DNA of 64,000 bases. Origin: Chrysomallon squamiferum. Lineage: Eukaryota; Animalia; Mollusca. The notes beneath the pieces were generated by a model. That model had not been told where the DNA came from. It saw only the letters and a program-made list of their open reading frames with translations, and did no database searches. The DNA lies in the NCBI GenBank assembly GCA_012295275.1, contig CM022677.1, positions 2,604,001 to 2,668,000 on the forward strand. The letters run 5' to 3'. Position 1 is the stretch's first letter. Every line of letters begins with the position of its first letter. The position numbers were made by a program, and so were the translations under genes. Shown here piece by piece: positions 54,035 through 64,000 of the stretch.

Positions 54035-54155
54035 AAAACTGTTGGTGTGTTATGTTTCTGTTATCCTTTGATTATATGTATGTACCTATTTTTCTATTTG
54101 TCTGTCTGTCTGCCTACGTATATTATGGAAATTATAGAATAAAGTAACATACACA

Positions 54156-54193
<38 letters not shown>

Positions 54194-54280
54194 AAAAACA
54201 CTCCTCAAGAAAACACGAAAAAAAAAAGAAAAAGAAACCCAGTTTAAAATGTGCATTACAACTGTCATTTAGGAGTGGCG

Positions 54281-54362
54281 CACCTCTCAAGTTATGAAGA
54301 TTTAGAAGGATTGTCTGCAGTTCTGTCTCTTCTTCAAAATACATACAAGTTAGATGTCACTA
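54281..54362 (+). pseudogene. P4HA: Short third P4HA fragment, opposite orientation
   Basis: HLSSYEDLEGLSAVLSLLQNTYKLDVT versus HLPSYEDLEGVAAALFRLQDTYKLNAT in the neighbouring pseudogene. Confidence 0.8.
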
Positions 54363-54571
54363 CTTATCAATCGTGTATCCAAACTGGCCATGTTAAAACA
54401 TTTTATGTCATTTCTATTTTGTATTATGTTACTGCAATATTTTTATTCTTGAATTTTATTTTATGAATGTGTTTGAATAAATGTAAGTTTTAATAGATAC
54501 AAAATGATTTTTATTTTTCATTCTTTCTCTCTGTAGACGACTATATTCTGTGAATCATGAAGAATCTCCTC

Positions 54572-55118
54572 TTAAGTAAATAAATACAGTACAGTAACAT
54601 GATATTAGCAGACATAAAGTAAATAAATATTGTACAGTAATGTGATATTAGCAGTATTAAGTACATAAATACTATACTGTAATGTGATATTAGCAGTATT
54701 AAGTAAATAAATACTGTACAGTAATGCGATATTAGCAGTATTAAGTAAATAAATACTGAACAGAAAAAATGATATTAGCAGTATTATGTAAATAAATACT
54801 GTACAGTAACGTGATATTGGCAGACATTAAGTAAATAAATACTGAACAGTAATGTGATATTAGCAGTATTAAGTACATAAATACTATACTGTAATGTGAT
54901 ACTAGTAGCATTAAGTAAATAAACACTATACAGTGACGTGATATTAGTAGCATTAAGTAAAAAAATACTGTACAGTGATGTGTGATATTAGCAGTATTAA
55001 GTACATAAATACTATACTGTAATGTGATACTAGTAGCATTAAGTAAATAAACACTATACAGTGACGTGATATTAGTAGCATTAAGTAAAAAAATACTGTA
55101 CAGTGATGTGTGATATTA
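54572..55118 (+). repeat. 42-bp minisatellite (taagtaaataaatactgtacagtaatgtgatattagcagtat)n
   Basis: About 13 units, with a higher-order duplication of three units near 54865-55118. Confidence 0.95.
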
Positions 55119-55119
55119 A

Positions 55120-55445
55120 CCAAGACGTTAAGAACAATCCTGGAACGACGTCGACATTAGTAGAAATCACAATAATATGTTTGAAGAGGTGGTTCGCCAG
55201 CTCAGAAAGTTATTATCCTGGACCGACGGCATTGATGCCTCATTAACAGAAATAGAAATGATAGTTTTTAATAAAGGACGGGCACGGTCACAGAATAAGA
55301 ATAATAGCGAATAAAAAGAAGAATAATGAAGTGTTAAGAACAATCCTGGAACGACGGCAATGACGGCCTCAGTAATAGAAATATTAATGATGTTTTTTTG
55401 ACGTAGGATTTGGACACTAATTGCAATATTTAATAAAAGGCAAAA
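55120..55445 (-). repeat. ~140-bp unit array, inverted
   Basis: ttaagaacaatcctggaacgacg(g)caatgacggcctca.taatagaaat cores, matching 49460-49570. Confidence 0.85.
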
Positions 55446-56846
55446 TCATTTATTTTTTTCAGACAATGCTTTCAGACGTAGATCAAACATTGGTAAATTC
55501 CTGCGCAATAATAAGCAACTTATTGTAGTGTGAGTTGTAAGCTTTGTGATTTTATTTGGTGCATTAATATTAATAAACAGAAGAAAGAAGTAGGGTAAAA
55601 AAAATAAAAACACCGTTTATTTGAAGTTTACGGTCAACGATTGGCTAATAATAAGATAAAATATATATATATAAATAAATAAATAAAATAAATAGATTTT
55701 AATAAAGATTGTTATGTTCCTTTATTTTATTTTATTTGTTTTGAACATTATTTAATTTTTGGTTTATTTATTTATTTATTTTCTTTGGGATTGTTTATGC
55801 GAGCAAAATGCGGGATGATTGTCGGTCTTTACGGATTTACTTTTTTATTTGATGTTCGAAGAATTTTCTACAGAATTGGTGTAATCGCATTAAAAAAGTT
55901 GCTTAAAGTATTTTATTTTGTGACGGAGACAGGTATTACTATTTATTATTATAAATGTTAATGTGTTTGGATTTTTTTCGTTTTATTTAATTATAATAAA
56001 GTCATGATTGGGAACAGTATTTTTATTTTTTATTTTTTTTATTTTTTTATAATGTATTTATTGTTAATAATAACATTCACCAGTGGTTCTACTAATGTGA
56101 AAAGCATAAACAACGTCATATAAAGAAGACATCATGTTTAATTTTGTTTTACCAATCATTATATGATGTATCAGCCTACTGGGGGCAACTTTTGAGTGGC
56201 CAGTAATTAAATTTGTTTTAAAATAAATTGATTTCTGTAGTACACATCAAAGGAAACACCACACAACAAGGCACAGAGAATTTGAAATTATTATTATTAT
56301 TATTATTATTATTATTTATTTTTTGTTGTTGTTTTTTTTTTTTAAAATAAACTTACAAAACTATTAAAAGAAAATATGCTAATTTGACAGGTTGTTTTCT
56401 GTCAGTTTATTTATGATTTATTATTTTTAAAGATTTATGTTAAATTGCTGACTTGTTCTATAATTATGAAACATATTTAAATTATATTTTTATACAAATT
56501 AAAACAAATTTAAGAAATACATAACCAGGTTATTTCATTTGTAGACACTGTAAAATATTAATAAAACTATTTGTTATAATAATATTTAACACACACACAT
56601 AAACACACACAAATAATTTGTTATCCTGTTCTTTGTTTCCCTTCTTTTCTTAATGGTCAATTTTAATTTACTTATTTACATTTTGTTTTGTTTTGTTGTA
56701 ATTCCTTCTTTTTCATCTTCTTATTATTACTACTACTTTTTATTATTATTATTATGTTTTATATTTATTATTATTATTTTTGTAATCTTTATTATTACTA
56801 TCCATTTTATTTTTCATATCATTGTTTATTTTTGATGTTTTCCAGG

Positions 56847-57131
56847 TTATCTGCTACTCTGCAAAACAAAAAACTAGGCAGATGACTGCGATGGCAAAAA
56901 TCACTTGGCAGATGACTGTGATGGCTCTGCATGTCAGTGACAAAGACAACAGCCAGGAACTTGACCAGCAGGTGATGTCTGAGCTTGCTGCTCTGAGAAT
57001 GAAGCTGGAGGAGAAGATAAAGAAAAGAGAGAGAAGAAAACAAAGGCCGTAGCTGCAGCAGAACAAGATGAGACTCAGGAAGGCAACATTCATGAGAGTG
57101 ATGTCAGCGATATTGATAGTTTGAAGGATCG

Positions 57132-57135
<4 letters not shown>
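56847..57135 (+). pseudogene. Exon fragment with a CAMSAP/patronin CC1-like motif
   Basis: After the acceptor ttccag the sequence reads QVMSELAALRMKLEEK, similar to the CAMSAP SExxxLRMKLEEK motif. It is followed by a frameshifted AVAAAEQDETQEGNIHE...DSLKDRA, homologous to 4530-4625. Confidence 0.45.
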
Positions 57136-57199
<64 letters not shown>

Positions 57200-57778
57200 T
57201 ATCAGACAGATACAGATATAACTACATAGGTAAATAAATAAATTACTGTTGTTTTTCAGAAACTGCTCTGTCCACAAGAAGAGCTAATTTAGTGAGTCAC
57301 CATAGGAGAGAAATGTCATCAAAGAATATGGCAGAACAGGAGGATCTATAGAGGTTGTTGTTATAGCAGTAGTATTAGTCATTGCCAGTGTTGTAGTAAT
57401 GTAGTTGTTACATCATTAGTACTTGTAATAATAATACTACTTGTTGTAGTAACGTTGTAGAATTGAGTAAAGAAATACAGGAACAGGAGTAATGGTGAAG
57501 AGAGTAAAAAAAATCACTTTTATTATTATGGATCGTAATTTTAGTAATAGGAGTATTATTTCAATAACAGATACCCTAGTTGAATAAGTAATAATAGTAA
57601 ATTTTAGTTACAGTAATGATGTTAATAAAAGTAGCATATGGTGTTGCAGTAAACATTGTAGTAGCAGTGTTTTATTTATTTTATATTTTTTACAGTATTT
57701 TATTTATTTATTTATTTATTTACTCAAACTAGGCAGTGCACCCACCAATGTGACTCTGATTCAGACATGGACATTGAA

Positions 57779-57978
57779 NNNNNNNNNNNNNNNNNNNNNN
57801 NNNNNNNNNNNNNNNNNNNNNNNNNNNNNNNNNNNNNNNNNNNNNNNNNNNNNNNNNNNNNNNNNNNNNNNNNNNNNNNNNNNNNNNNNNNNNNNNNNNN
57901 NNNNNNNNNNNNNNNNNNNNNNNNNNNNNNNNNNNNNNNNNNNNNNNNNNNNNNNNNNNNNNNNNNNNNNNNNNNNNN
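57779..57978. other. Assembly gap (200 N)
   Basis: Run of N. Confidence 1.
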
Positions 57979-58694
57979 ACAGTTCTACAGATTTCCTAAA
58001 ATCACTCATCTAGATCCATTACTAAAATACACCATTAATGTAAATGAAATAACAATAAATCATTTCTTTATCATATTTCAGGCTCTGAATAAAACAAAGT
58101 TGAACTTAAAAATACTGAAACATAAATAAATCCTAGTGAAAACATTAAATTATCGCTCAAAATGCTCTTTTATATATTACATACAACTAGTAATAAATAC
58201 AAAATACAAAATAAAAGATTATACTTTAGCTACTAAAGTGCAGATCACTTAATAACTCAAAACAATATTATTTGCTTTAGTATTATGTTGAGTAGATTAC
58301 TCACCACCAAACATAAAACTAATTTTCATGACATTCTTGTCAGTTTAGGGGAGACACACACAATTCTAGGTGTGCACCTTGTACTTGGAACAGGGCTGGG
58401 AGACCTACTGCACTGGGGTAACAGTGATTTACAAAATAAAACACCAAAATTACTTTTCTGTTGTTTTTATCATCATCACACCATTATTCATAAATATTGT
58501 CAACATCATCATAATAAATAAATAATGTTGAAATTAAATGAACAATCTTGAATATTAGAAAACAAAATATGTATGTATGTGGTTAATATATTGTCTATAA
58601 GCAACAGCAAAAGCTAAATTTTTCTTATGCGAATAAAGCAAAGCACGAATAGATAAATCTCTAGAATCAATAGTAAGAATGTATTTGTAACCAA

Positions 58695-59602
58695 TCAGTC
58701 ACACATGTGTTTCCATAGCTTCTTCTTCAGCTGGACATTATTGTTGGAGAGAACTTTGATGCATGTATCTGGAATAATGAAGATTAATTCCAAAGTAAAT
58801 TCATCCACAAAATCACATACAGCTTCATCTCGTAGAATAACATCTTGATCTTTGAAGAATTTGTCAAACACACACCACATCTTTGGGTTAGGGGATTTGG
58901 TATTTGCAATCTTCTTGGTTGGCTCCAACTCTGAAGCAATACATTCTTTTCTCCAAAGCTTTGACATCAGGTTGATCCAATCCATCTCCAGGTTCAGTGT
59001 TTGATCACATAAACACTGGTGTCTTGTAAACATTTGATCTCAACTTTTGATGTATTATCTCGTAACATTGATTTATAATATTCCTTGGTGAGGTTTGTGA
59101 TGTTGCATTCGTTGATAAGAATAATTCTTTTACCGACACAAGATTGAAAGGCAAATCTTTCATTTTTTACCAGCTCTTCCAATGGCAGACGTCGACAACA
59201 GGGTAAATGGTTCAATCAACCAATATGATTTGCTGATAGTTGATGACAAAACAGAAGGTTGATTTATCCATATGATCTTTTCGTAGAATGGTCAGGGCTT
59301 TGGCAACAATGTCCATTGGTCCATGTTGTTCAGTAAACACCCTAAAACAAAGTTTGTTGCTGATTCTTCTGGTGATGCAATAAGAAGTCCATTAGGTGCT
59401 TTCTCTGGAAGATCAACAGTTTTTAGGTAATCGATGAAATTACCTAAATCCATTCTGTCTTGAGTTTCCAATAATTCTTTGACAATTCTTTGATAGCTCT
59501 GGTTAAAACCTCCCTGTGTACTATCATTAGTTTTGCAAAGTTTTTGTTAACTTGTTGAATTGTAGAAGTAGATTGTCTGTAGTCTTCAGCTGAAAGGTAA
59601 GG
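58695..59602 (-). mobile_element. Endogenous parvovirus/densovirus NS1-like (SF3 helicase) element, degraded
   Basis: Joined frames give ...ASPEESATNFVLGCLLNNMD.MDIVAKALTILRKDHMDKSTFCF..SSTISKSYWL (eroded Walker A)...NERFAFQSCVGKRIILINE (Walker B)...YKSML..NTSKVEIKC (motif B'). It is intronless and frameshifted. Confidence 0.75.
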
Positions 59603-59649
59603 AGCGGTCAGCGCCAGCCCCTTACCTTTTACCTGAAGACGACACCTGT

Positions 59650-60216
59650 GTCCTTTGACCTCTTACCTGAAGAAATCATAGCAGTAGCAGTTAGAAAGAA
59701 TGCAAGAAGCATTGGTTGCCCTTCCGATATTCTGAAAGGTAAATATAGTCGACACCAGTTTGATTTATGTCCTGAAAGACTCCTGAGTGAATCTGACATG
59801 AACAGTGTGTCACTTCATCAAGTCAACAAAAAGCAGTCTCAACACGGTGGTCAGGGTTTTGTCAAGTGCAGTTGTAATGGACCTAAGAGCTGTCAGAGTA
59901 AGAGATGTGCTTGTTAAAAAAATAATGTTTTCTGTAATAACAGAAGTGACAACAGTGTAAATTGTTTAAATAAATCAAGTATGTATTATGTGTCACCAAT
60001 GAATCATACTGGTAAATTGTTGTTACATGTAGCTGATTATTCAATACAGATGAAACATAGTTTAGTTATTAGAAAACACCCAAGAAATACCCTTTAGTCA
60101 TCTGGCCAAATGACTGAAGGTAATTTTCAGTGATTTGGCCAAATGACTGGAAATTTTATTCATTTTGGCCAAATGACTAGCGGTCAGAGGCAACTGACAA
60201 AATGACTGGTTTGACA
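59650..60216 (+). mobile_element. 3' end of a Ginger2/KRBA2-like integrase DNA transposon
   Basis: ILKGKYSRHQFDLCPERLLSESD...SQHGGQGFVKCSCNGPKSCQSKRCAC*KNNVFCNNR...CLNK is the typical Cys-rich C-terminus. It is followed by three imperfect AGTCATTTGGCCAAATGACT palindromes and a terminal ...TTTGACA (TGT/ACA end). Confidence 0.8.
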
Positions 60217-60329
60217 CATTGACTGAAACATGTATAGCTGCTCGTATTCTCATAGGAAATTTTTGGCAAACAATTGTAGTTTTTGGAGGGTTTTTTGCCA
60301 TAAACATGAGCAGTAAGAAAGTTACAACC

Positions 60330-61320
60330 AAGCAGACATTATGAATGATGTCAGATCTGACGATGAGAATGAAGGATTGGAATATGGAAATAAACGTGTT
60401 GGAATGTGAATAATAGTGATTTTGAAAGCAAAGAGAGTGACGATGATGTTGTCAGTGATACAAATAATAAAAACATGAATGCACGTGAAGGTGAAAATGA
60501 TTCTGCTGACAATCACAGCCCAGGTGATGATGTTTTACAACCTGTTGGTAGAGGATGCGGCATGGTTTTGATGTGGTTGAGGTGCGCAACGGAATTCTCA
60601 GCCTCCCTTAGATCAGTGTCAGTGGATGAATGACACAAATGATGTTTTGTGGAAGCTCTTTGCTTTTGAAACTAATGGCAGGCAGAACATGTCAGAGAAG
60701 GAAAACCTCACATTATTATACAAAATCCTTTAGTTCTCAGGCCTTGTCACTAACAGAGATAAAAACATTTTTTTGCTGTCAAGTAGTGATGGAAATACTT
60801 ATTCACAAGGACCGCTTTGGACAATTTTGGCGAGATAAGGAAAATGTCTTGACCATCACAACTGCATTTCCACAGATTTTTAGCAATATGGTCTATGCTA
60901 CATAGTGTAAATGAATTAGACCCAGAGCTAGACAAATCTGATAAGAATTACAAAATCACGTTGTCACTTGTCAGGTTGTATTATACACCGAGAAGCAATC
61001 GGTCACTTGACAAAGGAATGATTCTGATACAAAAAAAAAAACTTCCTATCTATAAAACAGTACATCAAAGATAAACCGATAAAGTGGGATATCAAAACCT
61101 TCCTAGTCTGTGACAGTGAGAATGGCTACATTTCAAATGCAGAAGTATATACAGCACGCTGGAAGGATGCTGAAACTATTGAAAATCTTAGGGGACTGGA
61201 AACCTTGTTGTTTGAATGTTGGAACTGTTCTGTGACCAGCATTACTGTGTATGTACAGATACATTCTACACTATTGTATATTTGTGAGAGTTTTTGCTGG
61301 AAAAGAGAGGAATCTGCAAA
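60330..61320 (+). mobile_element. Degenerate piggyBac (PGBD4-like) transposase
   Basis: Acidic N-terminus, then LTEIKTFF...FW..., YYTPRSNRSLDKGMI...YIKDKPIKWDIKTFLVCDSENGYISNAEVYT, matching the piggyBac IDExM / KPxKWGIK motifs. Confidence 0.88.
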
Positions 61321-61334
61321 TGGCCACGTCGTCT

Positions 61335-63582
61335 TAGTATGAAGCCAGGAAGTCAGAAAAGCCAGAAGAAGATATAAACAATATGGTGGAAGTAAACTGA
61401 AAGCTGACTTGAAATACAAAGAAAATCAGTATAAAACACTAAACAGAGCTGTTAGGGAATATCTATTAAACAAAAACTGAAAATTATAATAAAAATCAAA
61501 TCTCAAAGAGTACTTGTCAGTTCTGAACAACAGTAAGCAGAGATGGTCAATTGATTCTTTATTTCATTTTTTCAAAACTCTTAATAGCAATGTTGATGAA
61601 ACATGTAGCACAATAGAAGAATTACACTCTCATGGACAAGAAACTACTAATGATGTTTTGAACAAGTCTCATTCAGCCGAGGAAACATCTGGAGCAGTGA
61701 ACAGACTGCATTGTCATTGACCAGCTGGAGAATACTTTATTATTAATGAATATATCAAGTATACTGCTAATGTTATGTTACATTTATATGTTCTGTTGTT
61801 TAATGTTATTATTGACTCAGCAATTATACCATCCGATTGGTTAGTGGGACTCCTCAAACCAATATAAAAAATAAAGGAGCTCGAAATGACCCTGGACATT
61901 ATACATTATTACATTATTAAGCTGTTCAGGTAAATTTTTTACATCTCTTCTTAATTCTAGATGAAATAAGTATGCAGATGAAACAAACCTGTCTTTAGAA
62001 AAACAAGCTGGATTTTGCAAAAACGACAGACCTTATATTTTCTTTATACTCGCTAATTATTTTAATGAACAAATGTAAAAAGAAATGGTATTGTGTTTTT
62101 ATAGATTTTGAGAAAGCATTTGACAGAGTCTTGAGAATTGGATTACGGAATTAAATTTGGATAAATGGAAAATGTTTTAATGTCTTAGTAAATATGTATA
62201 AAATACTAAGGTTAAAATCATACGAACGGTTTGTTATCTGATAGTTTTGATTGTGAAATAGGTACCAGGCAAAAAGAAAATCTCTCACCATTTTTATTTT
62301 CTGTTTTTCTAAATGACTTAGAGGAATTTCTTATAGCTAATAAGGCATATGGACAATTACAACAATGTTTAGTGAAGAATTTAATGTTTAATTAAAGCTT
62401 TTTATTATACTGTATGCTGATGATACAATACTGTTAGCAGAATCACTGGATGTTCTACAACATAATCTTAACTTTTTTGCCAATTACTGCCGACAATGGA
62501 GACTTTAAGTTAATATAATAGAACTAAAATAATGATTTTCAGTAAAAGGAGAAAAACTAGTGATTATATATTTATATTTGATGAAATTATTGATATAGTA
62601 GATAACAATAAATATTTTAAGAAGTGGCCAATTCAATTACAATGTAAAACTGTATAACAAAGCAATGATATGTATGTATAGCCTAATAGCTAAAAGTTGT
62701 TAGAATAATCTCTCCACTGATTGATTTATCTGACAGAAACGACCAATTTTATTGTATGGGTTTTGTGAAATACAGGGTTTTACAAATATACAACTAATAT
62801 AAGGACTCGATATGAAATTTTGTAAATGTTAATAAATGTACCCCTGATTTTATGATCTATGGTGAACTAGGATGGTATCCTCTGTGTATTTCTATAAAAG
62901 TAAGAATGATAACCTTTTGGGAGAAACTAATTTGAAAAACCCAAAACAAGATTTCCTCACAACTATATTATTTAATGTATGTTATCAGTTCTCCCTCGAA
63001 CAATTTTGTAAAATAAATTATTGAGATGATTGTGGTTTAATATATATATGGACATATCACAACTTTGATAATGTTAAATGGTTACGTGATACAATATCCA
63101 AAATATTACATGATCAATATCAACAATTATGGAAAAATCAAATTGAAACATCTACAATTGGATATTAACTATAAACATTTTTAAAAATGAACTGAAATTA
63201 GAAAACTATCTTACTTTGCTGACTCAAAAGAATGCAAATGCAAGTATATTTCCTACTGAAATTGGATGATGGTCCACTATTCTAAGAAAACATGTCATAT
63301 CTGTAATCTTAACACAATTGGAGATGAATGTAATGATCCTATGTTATTAACTGTGAGAAAAGGTAAACAAAATAAATATAATTTGTAATAATTTGTTTAA
63401 CAATAAAAATATATTTGTATTAAAAAAGCTGTGTTTGTTAATAAGAAATATATGTGAGAGAGTATGTCCTTCACATTAAACATCTACACATGTGCATTTT
63501 AATTGTGTTATTATATAGCTGTAATACATTCTTCTCTGTACTGTAATCTACAGTTTATGAGAATAAAGTCACTGTCACTGTA
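61335..63582 (+). mobile_element. 5'-truncated non-LTR retrotransposon ORF2 (reverse transcriptase), degenerate
   Basis: IINEYIK...LFNVIIDSAIIPSDWLVG, ITLLSCSGKFFTS, QAGF, CVFIDFEKAFDRV, GTRQKENLSPFLFSVFLNDL, LYADDTILLAES (62413) and YGELGWYPL. The 3' end has AATAAA followed by (GTCACT)2. Clade uncertain (RTE-X/L2-like). Confidence 0.93.
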
Positions 63583-63844
63583 CAACTGAGTCTCATCTCC
63601 TATAAAAACACACATTATATCTGTCCTCACTTTTATTTGTAGAATTCTCTAGTTATTAATTATTACTCCTTCTTATATTTATAAATAAATAAATAAATAA
63701 ATTAAATACATAAATTAAATTAAAAAAGTAAAAAGATACGGAAAATCAAAGTGTGATCTGTTATTTTTATAACTGCTGTGTCATTTCATGAGTTGTCTTA
63801 ATAATTATTCTTTATTATATTACATTTTCATGTACGCTGTCTAA

Positions 63845-64000
63845 TTACTTGACACCAGACTGTTGACTCACATTATCAATAGTCTCTTGTATCCATTCTC
63901 TGGAAAATGCACTGGATTTTTGTGATGCTGAAGAAGGGGATAGGGACCTGAGTGCATTGATTCACTCTGAATGAGGTACAGGACTGTCAATATGGCAAGA
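63845..64000 (-). pseudogene. Diverged paralog of the exon at 4380-4530
   Basis: acttgacaccagactgttga(t/c)tcacattatcaa...ggggatagggacctg(g/a)gtgcattg is shared. Confidence 0.85.

Overview
AT-rich metazoan genomic DNA with many microsatellites and two 200-N scaffold gaps. A mollusc is a reasonable guess, from the AAGGGAGATAACTC-type repeats and the TE content. I found no clearly intact protein-coding gene. The window is a mosaic of decayed and duplicated gene pieces: three MCC exons with nonsense and splice lesions, two partial copies of a multi-exon LRR (LRRC41-like) gene, two copies of a TSP1 exon, a CAMSAP/patronin-like fragment, an intronless TSP1-repeat pseudogene, and three intronless prolyl 4-hydroxylase alpha (P4HA) pieces. 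Two of the P4HA pieces sit in a ~3-4 kb inverted duplication. Transposon remnants include Kolobok-like, hAT/Buster, Tc1/mariner, MULE, a hAT-like MITE, Ginger2/KRBA2-like, piggyBac and a LINE. There is also a degraded parvovirus/densovirus NS1-like endogenous viral element ending in a 24-bp hairpin. The most unusual structure is three CpG-retaining blocks (~7.4-11.5, 22-30.5 and 44-55.5 kb) built from shared modules and divergent ~140-147-bp repeat arrays that bracket intronless extracellular-matrix gene cargo. All homology calls come from recognising motifs by eye, not from database searches. Many boundaries are approximate.
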